Virus record (IMG/VR): IMGVR_UViG_3300001528_000074
Length of the DNA: 34,982 nucleotides
Direction: 5' to 3' (one strand)
From: an uncultured virus (IMG/VR IMGVR_UViG_3300001528_000074)
Taxonomy: Duplodnaviria > Heunggongvirae > Uroviricota > Caudoviricetes
Every line of letters starts with the position of its first letter. Positions within the stretch are counted from its first letter, which is position 1. Both the position numbers and the translations under genes were made by a program. Under the pieces are notes generated by a model that made no database searches, had not been told where the DNA came from, and saw only the letters and a program-made list of their open reading frames with translations. Below are positions 18,042-27,122 of the stretch, piece after piece.

Positions 18042-18069
18042 TTAACGTAGAAAATATCATTTCGGTTCC
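18042..18069 (-). promoter_or_regulatory. ECF-sigma-type promoter candidate
   Basis: GGAACC-N16-CGTTAA just upstream of ATG 18023. Confidence 0.55.
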
Positions 18070-18075
18070 CCAACC

Positions 18076-18420
18076 TTACAAATAAGTGTAACTTTCTTCA
18101 GATTTTGTAGACTCTTCTAATCCTACATATCTTGCTGTATCTAGTACAAAGTGTAATGCTTCATGACTACAAGTATTTACTTTTTGTAAGACATCCTTAG
18201 TTTTTATCAATTCATCAGATAGTAGAACTATAGATACACGTTTATTATCTCTATAAACCCCTGTTACTGTAACAGCCCAACTATGATCTTCATCATATTC
18301 AAACTCTATATTATACAATTTCTTTAGTTTTTGCATATCTGGATATCTTACTACATGTAGTTCTATTGGATAAATAGTAGGACTATACTTATCTATAGTC
18401 ATCTTGTTATTACTCTTCAT
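18076..18420 (-). CDS. hypothetical protein with HExxH motif (possible metallopeptidase-like)
   Basis: TCSHEALH followed by EE. Confidence 0.65.
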   Translation of the reverse strand: MKSNNKMTIDKYSPTIYPIELHVVRYPDMQKLKKLYNIEFEYDEDHSWAVTVTGVYRDNKRVSIVLLSDELIKTKDVLQKVNTCSHEALHFVLDTARYVGLEESTKSEESYTYL

Positions 18421-18476
18421 ACTAATTACTTAAGTTATTTGTATATAGTATATTATATATATTATTTTATTATATA

Positions 18477-18519
18477 GTCTTACTAATTAGTAGGTCTTAC
18501 TAATATATTAGTCTTACTA
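18477..18519. repeat. three direct repeats of GTCTTACTA with 17-bp periodicity
   Basis: Copies at 18477, 18494 and 18511 in the AT-rich divergence region. Confidence 0.7.
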
Positions 18520-18570
18520 TTTATATAGTTTATATAACTATACTATATCCCTCTACCCCCTATATCCCCC

Positions 18571-18599
18571 ATAACGGGATATAATAACCAAGTGGTTTC
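18571..18599 (-). promoter_or_regulatory. ECF-sigma-type promoter candidate (leftward)
   Basis: GAAACC-N17-CGTTAT. Confidence 0.5.
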
Positions 18600-18665
18600 A
18601 TGAAAATTAAAAAAATTATAAAAAATTGCAGAAAATAAAAAATTTTAAAAATTTTATATCGTTTT

Positions 18666-18694
18666 GGAACCACTACCCCTAATTTTTACGTTAT
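18666..18694 (+). promoter_or_regulatory. ECF-sigma-type promoter candidate (rightward arm)
   Basis: GGAACC-N17-CGTTAT upstream of ATG 18720. Confidence 0.55.
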
Positions 18695-18719
18695 AGGGGT
18701 GTATTTAAATTAATTTGAT

Positions 18720-19121
18720 ATGACAAACAAATTGAAAGTTATTAAGCCTTTCTTCATTATGGAAAAGGGTGATGAGTTTGAAAAGAACGCAGACAATATG
18801 TATGTAAGTACTTATTCTTCAGAGTATAGTCTGAATGATGCTTATGATCATGCTGATTCTACATACAAGTCTTCCTTTGAAATATCTGAAGATTATGCTA
18901 AGTCTTTGATAGAGGAAGGTTACCTACAGGAGGTAACTCCCAAAGAAAAACACACTAACGTATTCGATGAGATTAGTTTGTTGAAGAACGAGTACACTAA
19001 GCAGTATGCTAATCTTGATAAGGATTTTGCAGAGCTTCCTGCTTGTCTCAAAGTAGAGAAAGAGACTACTCTCTCTAACATGATCAAACTTCTCTCTCAT
19101 CTGGAATCACTTAAAAAGTAA
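18720..19121 (+). CDS. hypothetical protein
   Basis: First gene of the rightward arm, 133 aa. Confidence 0.8.
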   Translation: MTNKLKVIKPFFIMEKGDEFEKNADNMYVSTYSSEYSLNDAYDHADSTYKSSFEISEDYAKSLIEEGYLQEVTPKEKHTNVFDEISLLKNEYTKQYANLDKDFAELPACLKVEKETTLSNMIKLLSHLESLKK

Positions 19122-19126
19122 TAATT

Positions 19127-19534
19127 ATGAATCAGAAACCGCTAGCGGAAGATGTTTCTTCTAAGATTAATTACGAGTTCTCTAAACAATTCTTGATAAA
19201 ACCACTTGACCCAATCATGGTCAAGAAAGTAGTATCTACTCCAATCCCTGCAGAAGAGCAGAAAGGTGATGTAGACGGTGTAGAAGCTACAGACTATGAT
19301 GAAGTTAAAGAGGAAGTTAAGGAAGTAGAGAGTAGATACAAGAAGGGTATTATCCTCAAAGTTCCTAAGGACTATACATCCTCAAGAGAACTTGCTGAAA
19401 AGAAGGGTGAAAGCTCTTTCTACTTAGATCTACATGTAGGAGATACAGTAGTGTATGAATACTCAAAAGATTTCGATCTTGTTAAAGATACGCAGATTAT
19501 ATCTCTATACGATATTATTGCAGTTAATCGATGA
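19127..19534 (+). CDS. GroES-like co-chaperonin
   Basis: IKPLD..., GIILKV, LHVGDTVVY, ISLYDIIAV resemble the GroES beta-barrel pattern. Confidence 0.6.
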   Translation: MNQKPLAEDVSSKINYEFSKQFLIKPLDPIMVKKVVSTPIPAEEQKGDVDGVEATDYDEVKEEVKEVESRYKKGIILKVPKDYTSSRELAEKKGESSFYLDLHVGDTVVYEYSKDFDLVKDTQIISLYDIIAVNR

Positions 19535-19740
19535 ATATAAACAAGACTTGTAGAGAGTTGGCTAAGAAATACAATATAGATCCTACAGTTGTACACGATA
19601 TTGTAACATACGAATTTGAATATACGAGAAAAGTTATGCAAGATCCTACGGAAACTAAGGACATACTTTTTAATAAGTTATTTAAGTTTAAGCTTAAGAC
19701 TCGCTACAAGACTGATAAAACTAGAGAATACGGATTATGA
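19531..19740 (+). CDS. HU/IHF-like DNA-binding protein
   Basis: Small basic protein, two helices then ILFNKLFKFKLK strand pattern. Confidence 0.5.
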   Translation: MNINKTCRELAKKYNIDPTVVHDIVTYEFEYTRKVMQDPTETKDILFNKLFKFKLKTRYKTDKTREYGL

Positions 19741-20072
19741 TGAAGTACATACTGTCCAAGTCAAAGGAATATTCACCAAGCGTTGTGACATTTAATCCAG
19801 AGACAGAAGAAGCTGATTACCCAGAATCATGTTGGATTGGATATGCAAACACTTACTTGATTAAGAAGGGTGATACCGTAAAAGATTCTGATGACAATAC
19901 TCTTACAGCATTGGACGACGGAATACTCTTTACATTCTACAAAGACTCTAAGTATTCTGCTACAATCGTTTATGACAAGAATATGATAGAGAACGTTCTC
20001 TATCGGAGAGAAAAGAACGCAAATAAAGAGATAGTTTCATGTAACGGAGACGCTTGTGAATTATGCCGTTAA
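19737..20072 (+). CDS. hypothetical protein
   Basis: ORF track; ATGA overlap with the upstream gene. Confidence 0.7.
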   Translation: MMKYILSKSKEYSPSVVTFNPETEEADYPESCWIGYANTYLIKKGDTVKDSDDNTLTALDDGILFTFYKDSKYSATIVYDKNMIENVLYRREKNANKEIVSCNGDACELCR

Positions 20073-20091
20073 TCTAAAAATAATTATTACT

Positions 20092-20421
20092 ATGGCTACA
20101 AAGAAGACTATTAAACCAACATTTATTCCAGCATTCACAGTAGATCTTACAGATTGTGAGAATGCTCGTGATGCTTACAGTGCATTCCTTTCAGCTAAGG
20201 TTGAGGCTTACATTCTACCAGCTGAGGAGCTTTGCAATAATGCAGCTGAGGAAGAGTATCAGAATGAGATTGATAATCTCAACTGTTCACTTCAGGAGAT
20301 GATCGATGATCTCACAAACAAGTTGATCAATACAATTAAGGAAGCTGTTAAAGCTGAAGAGAAGCCTAAAAAGCCCGGAATGCTTAAGCGATTCTGGAAC
20401 TGGATTACTCGTAAAAAGTAA
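20092..20421 (+). CDS. hypothetical protein with C-terminal amphipathic helix
   Basis: Probable start ATG 20092 (MATKKT); ends KPGMLKRFWNWITRKK. Confidence 0.7.
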   Translation: MATKKTIKPTFIPAFTVDLTDCENARDAYSAFLSAKVEAYILPAEELCNNAAEEEYQNEIDNLNCSLQEMIDDLTNKLINTIKEAVKAEEKPKKPGMLKRFWNWITRKK

Positions 20422-20453
20422 TCAAAAGGTTTTCGGTCCTCAAAACCGAATAT

Positions 20454-20515
20454 GCCGGTACTACGGGGTATACACTGTAGCAGGAGTAACGGGAGTTCGA
20501 GTCTCTCTACCGGCG
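20454..20515 (+). ncRNA. aberrant tRNA-like RNA
   Basis: GCCGGTA/TACCGGC acceptor and GGGAG-TTCGAGT-CTCTC T-arm, but only one internal hairpin. Confidence 0.55.
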
Positions 20516-20538
20516 CCTCATTTTCATACTTGTAATAA

Positions 20539-20602
20539 TCCCCTGAGCAACCTGACAAGTTTGAGTCCACATGCGTTGTAGGTTTGAGTCCTACCAGGGG
20601 AA
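20539..20602 (+). ncRNA. aberrant tRNA-like RNA
   Basis: TCCCCTG/CAGGGGA acceptor, GTAGG-TTTGAGT-CCTAC T-arm, no recognisable D or anticodon arm. Confidence 0.5.
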
Positions 20603-20760
20603 CATATAGTCAGAGTAGTGTGCATATCTCTGAATCGTAACAGCCGAAGGCCTCTGAATATGCTTAAAGTTCGGTTCTACATCGTAGGGTAGACCAGTTA
20701 GCGCACTGGTGATATAAGCGCACATTGCCCATTTGTGTAACAGCTAGCACACAAGGCTCT

Positions 20761-21741
20761 TTTATCCAATGAATAATTGAATATATATGCAAAATCAGAT
20801 ATATAAACTTACAGATGAACAATTTGTAGAGTTACTCAAAAATAGTTCAAATATAGCAGAAGTTTTATTTAAGTTAGGATATTCTGTAAAAGGAAATTCT
20901 TGGGGGTATTCTCAAGTGAAAAGGAGAATGACGGATTTAAATTTAGATTATTCCGTCTTTAAAGGAAAAAGTGTTGTATATGACAATATACGGATACAAA
21001 AAATAAATCCAAATGACATACTTAAAGAGAATTGTAAACACTCAAGAACAGTATTAAGAAGGTATATAATTAAACATAATTTAATCCCGTACAAATGTGC
21101 AATATGTGGATGTACAGAATGGCAAGGGCGTACATTAAGTCTTGAATTAGATCATATAAACGGAATCAACAATGACAATCGATTGGAAAATTTAAGATTT
21201 TTATGTCCTAATTGTCACAGTCAAACTTCTACATATGGAAGTAGGAATCAGCAACTTAACAATTCTGAATATGAAATAACCGACGAGCTTAGAAAACTTG
21301 TTGAAGATAAATATGACGAAGTTAAGAGTGCGAAACGCGTTTCAGCCATACTCGGTATACGTAGAAACGTTGTAACAAGAATTGTGAATGAATCCGGTCA
21401 AAAACACTCTAATCAAAAATATGTCATTCGTTACGATAAAGATTGGAAGGAAGTTGCAAGATATGGATCTTTAGTAGAAGCTGCTAAAGATCTGATTAGA
21501 AAAGAAGAAGTTCGTACAAGGCGAGTTAAAACATGCACTAGGACAATTATGTATAACAAAGATAACTTCTGGCTGAACAGTCATTGGAAAATATTGGATG
21601 GTAGTGGGATAATAGATAATCCACTATTAGAATCTCCTCTAATTGACTCGGAAGACACTGTTGACGAGGCGCAAGCGAAAGCAGCGTGACAGACTGAACG
21701 AGGAGACTGATCTTAGGATTGGATGCAACAGTCGATAAACG
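20761..21741 (+). mobile_element. group I intron with homing endonuclease ORF
   Basis: 5' exon ends in U and the intron ends in G; P3 TCTCCTC (21633)/GAGGAGA (21700); P7 GACTG (21692)/CAGTC (21729); ATCCAAT/ATTGGAT pairing encloses most of the ORF. Confidence 0.85.
20787..21689 (+). CDS. intron-encoded HNH homing endonuclease with a C-terminal NUMOD1-like DNA-binding region
   Basis: CAICG...LELDHINGINNDNRLENLRFLCPNCHSQT; VIRYDKD...YGSLVEAAK. Confidence 0.9.
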   Translation: MQNQIYKLTDEQFVELLKNSSNIAEVLFKLGYSVKGNSWGYSQVKRRMTDLNLDYSVFKGKSVVYDNIRIQKINPNDILKENCKHSRTVLRRYIIKHNLIPYKCAICGCTEWQGRTLSLELDHINGINNDNRLENLRFLCPNCHSQTSTYGSRNQQLNNSEYEITDELRKLVEDKYDEVKSAKRVSAILGIRRNVVTRIVNESGQKHSNQKYVIRYDKDWKEVARYGSLVEAAKDLIRKEEVRTRRVKTCTRTIMYNKDNFWLNSHWKILDGSGIIDNPLLESPLIDSEDTVDEAQAKAA

Positions 21742-21808
21742 AACCCTTGGGGAGTGGGGGCAGCACCCACATGGGCTACTAATTACTTTTTCATTTTCAT
21801 TTTATAAT

Positions 21809-22324
21809 ATGCAGTTAAACATTAAGAAACTTTCAGACAAAGCAGTATTACCAGTAAAGGCGCATGCATCAGATGCAGGTCTTGATCTTACTGCTACTTC
21901 TATTACTACTACAGTTAATGAATGTGGTCAGTTACTTCTTACATATCATACAGATATTGCAGTAGAGATTCCTGAGGGATATGTAGGTTTGATATTCCCA
22001 AGATCTTCTATCTACAAGAAGTCTTTGATACAGTCAAACTGTGTAGGTGTTATTGACAGTGGTTATCGTGGTGAGCTTATGGTAGTATTCCGTAACACTA
22101 CAGATGTAATACCTGCTGTTTACAAAGAAGGTGAACGATTCGCTCAATTGGTAATTGTACCAAATCCTCAGATCGAGGTTGTTGAAGCTGAAGAGCTCAG
22201 CGAATCAGACAGAAACGAAGGAGGTTTTGGTTCTACTGGTGCTGAAGCTAAGGAGGAACAACCTGTTGAACAGAAGGTTGAGACACCTAAGAAGAACAAG
22301 AAGAACAAGAAAGCTGCAAAATAA
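21809..22324 (+). CDS. dut: dUTPase (trimeric)
   Basis: AGLDL, PRSS, GVIDSGYRGE, RFAQL, RNEGGFGSTG motifs; start ATG 21809. Confidence 0.95.
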   Translation: MQLNIKKLSDKAVLPVKAHASDAGLDLTATSITTTVNECGQLLLTYHTDIAVEIPEGYVGLIFPRSSIYKKSLIQSNCVGVIDSGYRGELMVVFRNTTDVIPAVYKEGERFAQLVIVPNPQIEVVEAEELSESDRNEGGFGSTGAEAKEEQPVEQKVETPKKNKKNKKAAK

Positions 22325-22326
22325 TA

Positions 22327-22363
22327 GGTAAAGGGGATATCCGAAAGGGTGTTCCCTTTTACC
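22327..22363 (+). terminator. intrinsic terminator-like hairpin
   Basis: GGGGATATCC-GAAA-GGGTGTTCC-CTTTT right after the dut stop. Confidence 0.7.
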
Positions 22364-22380
22364 GTATAATCACATTTGAT

Positions 22381-25300
22381 ATGACAAACAATTGCACATG
22401 TGATCCTAGGAATGTTACAAGAACGACGCTTGAAAGCCACATTGGGAATACCACTGTGCATGTCACGTCAGAGGATCATACAAAAATAAATAAAGTACCA
22501 GAGTTAGAATCCTCAGTCTCTGGTATTGCATCTAGAGTATCTGCATTGGAAACGGCTATAACAGACCCTGTAGATCTTAGTGGCTATGTTACGAACAAAG
22601 ACTTGAAGGCACTAGATTATGTTACTAAAGCGTCTGTTAGCACTATAGTGGCTGCAGATATTGATTCTAAACTGGATGACTATTATACTAAAAGTCAAAC
22701 TGACAATGAAATCAGCGAAGCGATTTCTAATATAGACGTAGAATCTTCTTATCCTGAAATAACTGTTAGTACTAACAATAATAGCAGGTTTGTATCTATC
22801 GATGGTTCTGTGTCTGGTACGAAAAGTAAACCTGTTGTTAATATAAATATTAGTGACAAAGGTTCTGCGATATTGGTGAACGAAGTATCATATGTAAACA
22901 TTTACACTACTACAGATACTATCAACGAACCTACCATTGACAGAAAGAACACGAACCCAGGGTCTAACTGGAGTCAGTCTATAGACAAAGATGGCGTATA
23001 CCTTTGGAGTTCTAGAGGTATGAAAGATGTAAATGGCAAACGTATTACATTTGCAGACGGAGCTTACTGGACAGATCCACAGTTCTGCGGAGCTGTAAAT
23101 GATACTACATCAGATACAGGTGTTGATACAGATATATTTAATTATATATACTGGCTTACAGCTTCAGAAACAGGCGGTACTACTAAACCTGCATTCTCTG
23201 TAGAAGATGCTAAGACTGCATTTGATAAAAACCAATCTATCACTGATAAATCTGGCACTACAGTAAGAATGTGGAACGATCATCCTTCTGGAGTTACAAG
23301 TACTTTGCAATACGAGTATTGTTCATTTGCTAAGTATGATTATTCTACAGGTAAGTGGGGAGAGTATTCAATCCCATTTATATTCTCACATTACGGTATA
23401 GACGGTAGAGATGGTGACGGTGTGGAATATGTATATAAATTGTCACAATTAGAATCAACTCCTGTAATCCAATTCGATAATACGAGTCCTACGTATCAAG
23501 AAGACGATTATATCCCAGATGGATGGAATGACGATCCTCAATCCATGTATGATCCATACTTGTATCAATACTGCTCAGTACGTAAGAAGAACAATGGCGT
23601 ATGGGGAGATTTCTCAACACCTGTATTGTGGTCTGTGTATAAGAAACCTGATGATCCAGTTGATACGGAATCTACTTTAAGTTTATATAAAGGTGGTGCA
23701 AAAAATGCATCTATGATTACAGAGGACGAACGTAAGAGTAACGAGATACCAGAAGGATGGATTACTACATTTCCAGAAGTCGGAAAAGATACGTATGTGT
23801 ACACGATAGTTGCGAGAACTATAAACGGTAAAGTATCATTAAACGACGACTCGTATTACTGGTCTATTCCTATTAGAATAACTAGTGCGGATGGCGAAAA
23901 GGGAGAACCAGGAACAAGTGCTACAGGTTCGGATGGATCTGACATAGATTTCGTATACTGCAGAACTACTAACAATACAAGACCTACTACTCCTACATTT
24001 ACGGTAGACCGTATAAACAAAGAAGGATCTATAACAGAAGGAGGTTATACATGGACAGATAATCCTCGTGGAGTTACACAAGATATTATGCATGAGTGGA
24101 TTTCTGTAAACACAAAACCCGCTGGTATTAATACTTCATGGGCAGGATATACAACTCCTGTGTTATGGTCTAAATACGGCGAACGTGGTACAGACGGAGA
24201 TACTATAGAATATATATACAAACGTACATCTACAGATACTGCTCCGGATACCCCAGTAGCTCCTATAAAAGATTCTAAACTTGACGACAATTTTCCAGCA
24301 GACTGGACGGATAATCCTAGCGGCGTAAATCTTGAAAAGCCTTACGAATGGGTATCGTTACGTAAGAAGGATGGATTAAGCGGAGAATGGGGTGTATATA
24401 CTGACCCTAAGTTGTGGTCTAAATACGGTAAGGATGGTAAAGATGGTAAAGATGGCACATCTGCCCAAGGGTATTCATTAGACTGCGACAATCCTCATGT
24501 AATTGTAGATGACGATACTATAACATAGTTTGGTACCGCAGCTAACGCTACTTATACATTAACTGACACTACAAATGTTAGTGGATTGTATAAGTTTGAA
24601 GTTGTGGTAGATTCATCTTTATCAGGTGTTACTTGTAAGAATACCAATAGCGAATATAGTAGTGCAAAGACGACAACTCTCGTGTATACAGCTACTGAAA
24701 AAATACCTGTTGGAGATTATGTTACTGTAGTTACAGTAAAAAAGAAAGATGAATCTAGCGGTACGGAAACCACTATAGCTACATAGAAACAGCATATTGT
24801 CGTAAAAGATTTCAGTTTGGGAGATGCTTACAAGCTTAATCAGCAAACATACACTTTATATGCTACTTACGATGGCAAACTAAAGGATACTACAACGATA
24901 AAAGCTAGTTACACAAAGATGACAAATAACGGTTCTTCTTTGAGCGATTGTAAGTATAGGACAGCTGATGACAATAAGATATATTTCTTGCTATACCCAG
25001 AGTCCAGCGATATTGCTTTATCTACAGATACTATTGCTGAAGGAACATCTTTATCTAACTATTATGTAATCAAATTGTATCTTGTTACAGATTCTGGTAT
25101 CGATATAGTCGATGAAGGTATAATAGGCGTTTCAAAAGACGGCGAGCAAGGCGCCACTGGCGATAAGGGCGATAATGCCGTTTATCTAAAAGCTACCCCA
25201 GACACGCTTGCTTTTGCTGCAGATAATAACGGAATGCATTTGAATGACTCTAGTTCTCAAACGGTTGATTTGGTATTATACAACGGAGGTACTCCCATAA

Positions 25301-26598
25301 AGTACACCAATTATACATTAGAATATAGAACTGCTGATCATCAAACATGGGAGTCTGATTATGAGAAATGCAACAATGGCGATATAACAATAGATGACGC
25401 ATTAGAATCATCTGATGATATAACTACAAGTATTACTTTATCCATAGACAGTTCAAATTGGCCTAATGATAATGCGTGGTCTGAGTATAGGGCGACATAC
25501 AACGGTAATAAATATGTTGCTAGAGTGAACTGGATAGGACATCGTATGGGCGAACCTGGAAAAAGCGGTCTACCAGGAACGAATGGAAAAAACGGAGCTC
25601 AGATTGTCTATAATATAAGAAAGTTCTCAGACTGTGTAACAGATGCTAAATTTAAAGACGGTACGCAAGATGAAGTTCCGTGTGTATTAGATGTAGTAAT
25701 AGATGATTCTGGTAATTATTATAAATGTATAAAAGCTTACACTCTTATCGATAAGTCTACGCAAGGACCTACTAATACTACATATTGGGAGAAATTTGAA
25801 ACATTTACTAACATAGCAACAGATCTTGTATTAGCCAAAAAGGCGTATATACAGAACTTATTGTTAAACTATGCGACTGCAGTAAACCGCACAACAAATA
25901 CTACTACCATCAGTATAGACGGCGATACAGGTATACTTACTGCCAATGGTCTACAAGCAAGAAATGCTACAGTAAGTGGATCAATAGAAGCTAATACCAT
26001 CGGTTATTCTATAAATACGCCACAAGCTGTAACATATAAACAGCCTACAGAGGACAATGCCACATGGATTCCTGCAACATTGCCTAACGGTTCTGGTACA
26101 CAATGTGCAGCACAAGTATTAGCTTGCAATTCATCTGTATATGTAATGCCACAAGTATTGATATCATCGGAGCCAGATGTAGATGATGTATGGGAAGCAT
26201 GGAGTGGCAATTGTGTAACTTATGTAATACTTCCTCCTACAAAAGTAGGAAAGATTGCGTTGGATATATATTTCAGAAATGAGATAACCGACTGGGATGG
26301 ATACAACACAGATACTGTATACTATCTTGCTGTAATGAACCCTACAATATCTAAATCATATATAGAGGATGGTGCGTATGCTAAATCAGTAATATCTAAT
26401 CTTACATCGTATTACCCGTCTTTAGTAGATTTACAATCTGCTGGTAGCACTCGCAGAGTAACCACAAAGAATTATATAATTCTTACAGAGAAATATAATA
26501 ATGGAGATATTGTAACGTGTGACAGACCGTCTCATATAAAACTCATGTCTGATGGTACAAATTGGTATATTGTACAAGTTGACGAATTTGATAAATAA
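22381..26598 (+). CDS. large tail fibre/receptor-binding-like protein (1405 aa with TAG readthrough)
   Basis: Three track ORFs lie in one frame, separated only by TAG at 24526 and 24784; repeated W.D.P.GV...YE/W...P.LWS.YG modules and collagen-like G-x-x runs. Confidence 0.75.
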
Positions 26599-27116
26599 TG
26601 TTTGATATAAAAGGCGATCAGATAATGCTAAGTACAGAAGACTTAGCAATACCTCCTTTCAAAGACCATTATAATAAGTCTACAGATAAATCTAAAGCGC
26701 TTAAAGAGATAGAGTATGTAGTATGGTTATACAAATGGAATACACCATATGAGGCATACCCTGAGAAAGAGCGATCTAAGAGAGTTGCTTTAGATGTATT
26801 TAAGGATAAAGATTACCCGATAACTGAGGAGATTAAGGAGCTCGGCAAGAGATTTGTCGAGTTCCAGGAAACTCCAGGTACAAGACTTCTATCAGCTTCT
26901 AGAGTTGCAGCAGAAGGTCTTACTGAAGCTTTAAATACATACTCCTCAGATACTATGGATATAGATGTAGCTATTAAGATTACACGTATTCTTAAAGATG
27001 TAGGTAATATAGTGAAGTCTTTGGATATGACAATGAAACAAGCGAAAGCTGAACAAATGGAAACAGGTAAGATTAAAGGCGGTGGACAGATCGGTCTTTA
27101 TGAAAAACCTAGGTAA
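26598..27116 (+). CDS. hypothetical protein immediately upstream of TerL (possible small terminase subunit)
   Basis: 172-aa helical ORF; function inferred from position only. Confidence 0.6.
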   Translation: MFDIKGDQIMLSTEDLAIPPFKDHYNKSTDKSKALKEIEYVVWLYKWNTPYEAYPEKERSKRVALDVFKDKDYPITEEIKELGKRFVEFQETPGTRLLSASRVAAEGLTEALNTYSSDTMDIDVAIKITRILKDVGNIVKSLDMTMKQAKAEQMETGKIKGGGQIGLYEKPR

Positions 27117-27122
27117 TAAGTT

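Larger units (their letters stand above)
20726..21778 (+). tRNA. amber suppressor tRNA (anticodon CUA, probably Gln), intron-split; exons 20726-20760 and 21742-21778
   Basis: Joined exons give acceptor (T)GCCCAT/ATGGGC(T), D-arm GTG/CAC, anticodon arm CAAGG-CTCT|AAC-CCTTG and T-arm GTGGG/CCCAC. Confidence 0.85.

Noticed and set aside
20603..20725. Pistol or theta ribozyme call for the spacer before the suppressor tRNA
   Set aside because: Only partial pairings; conserved catalytic elements not found
21719..21808. N-terminal extension of dUTPase
   Set aside because: Overlaps the intron end and tRNA 3' exon; true start is ATG 21809
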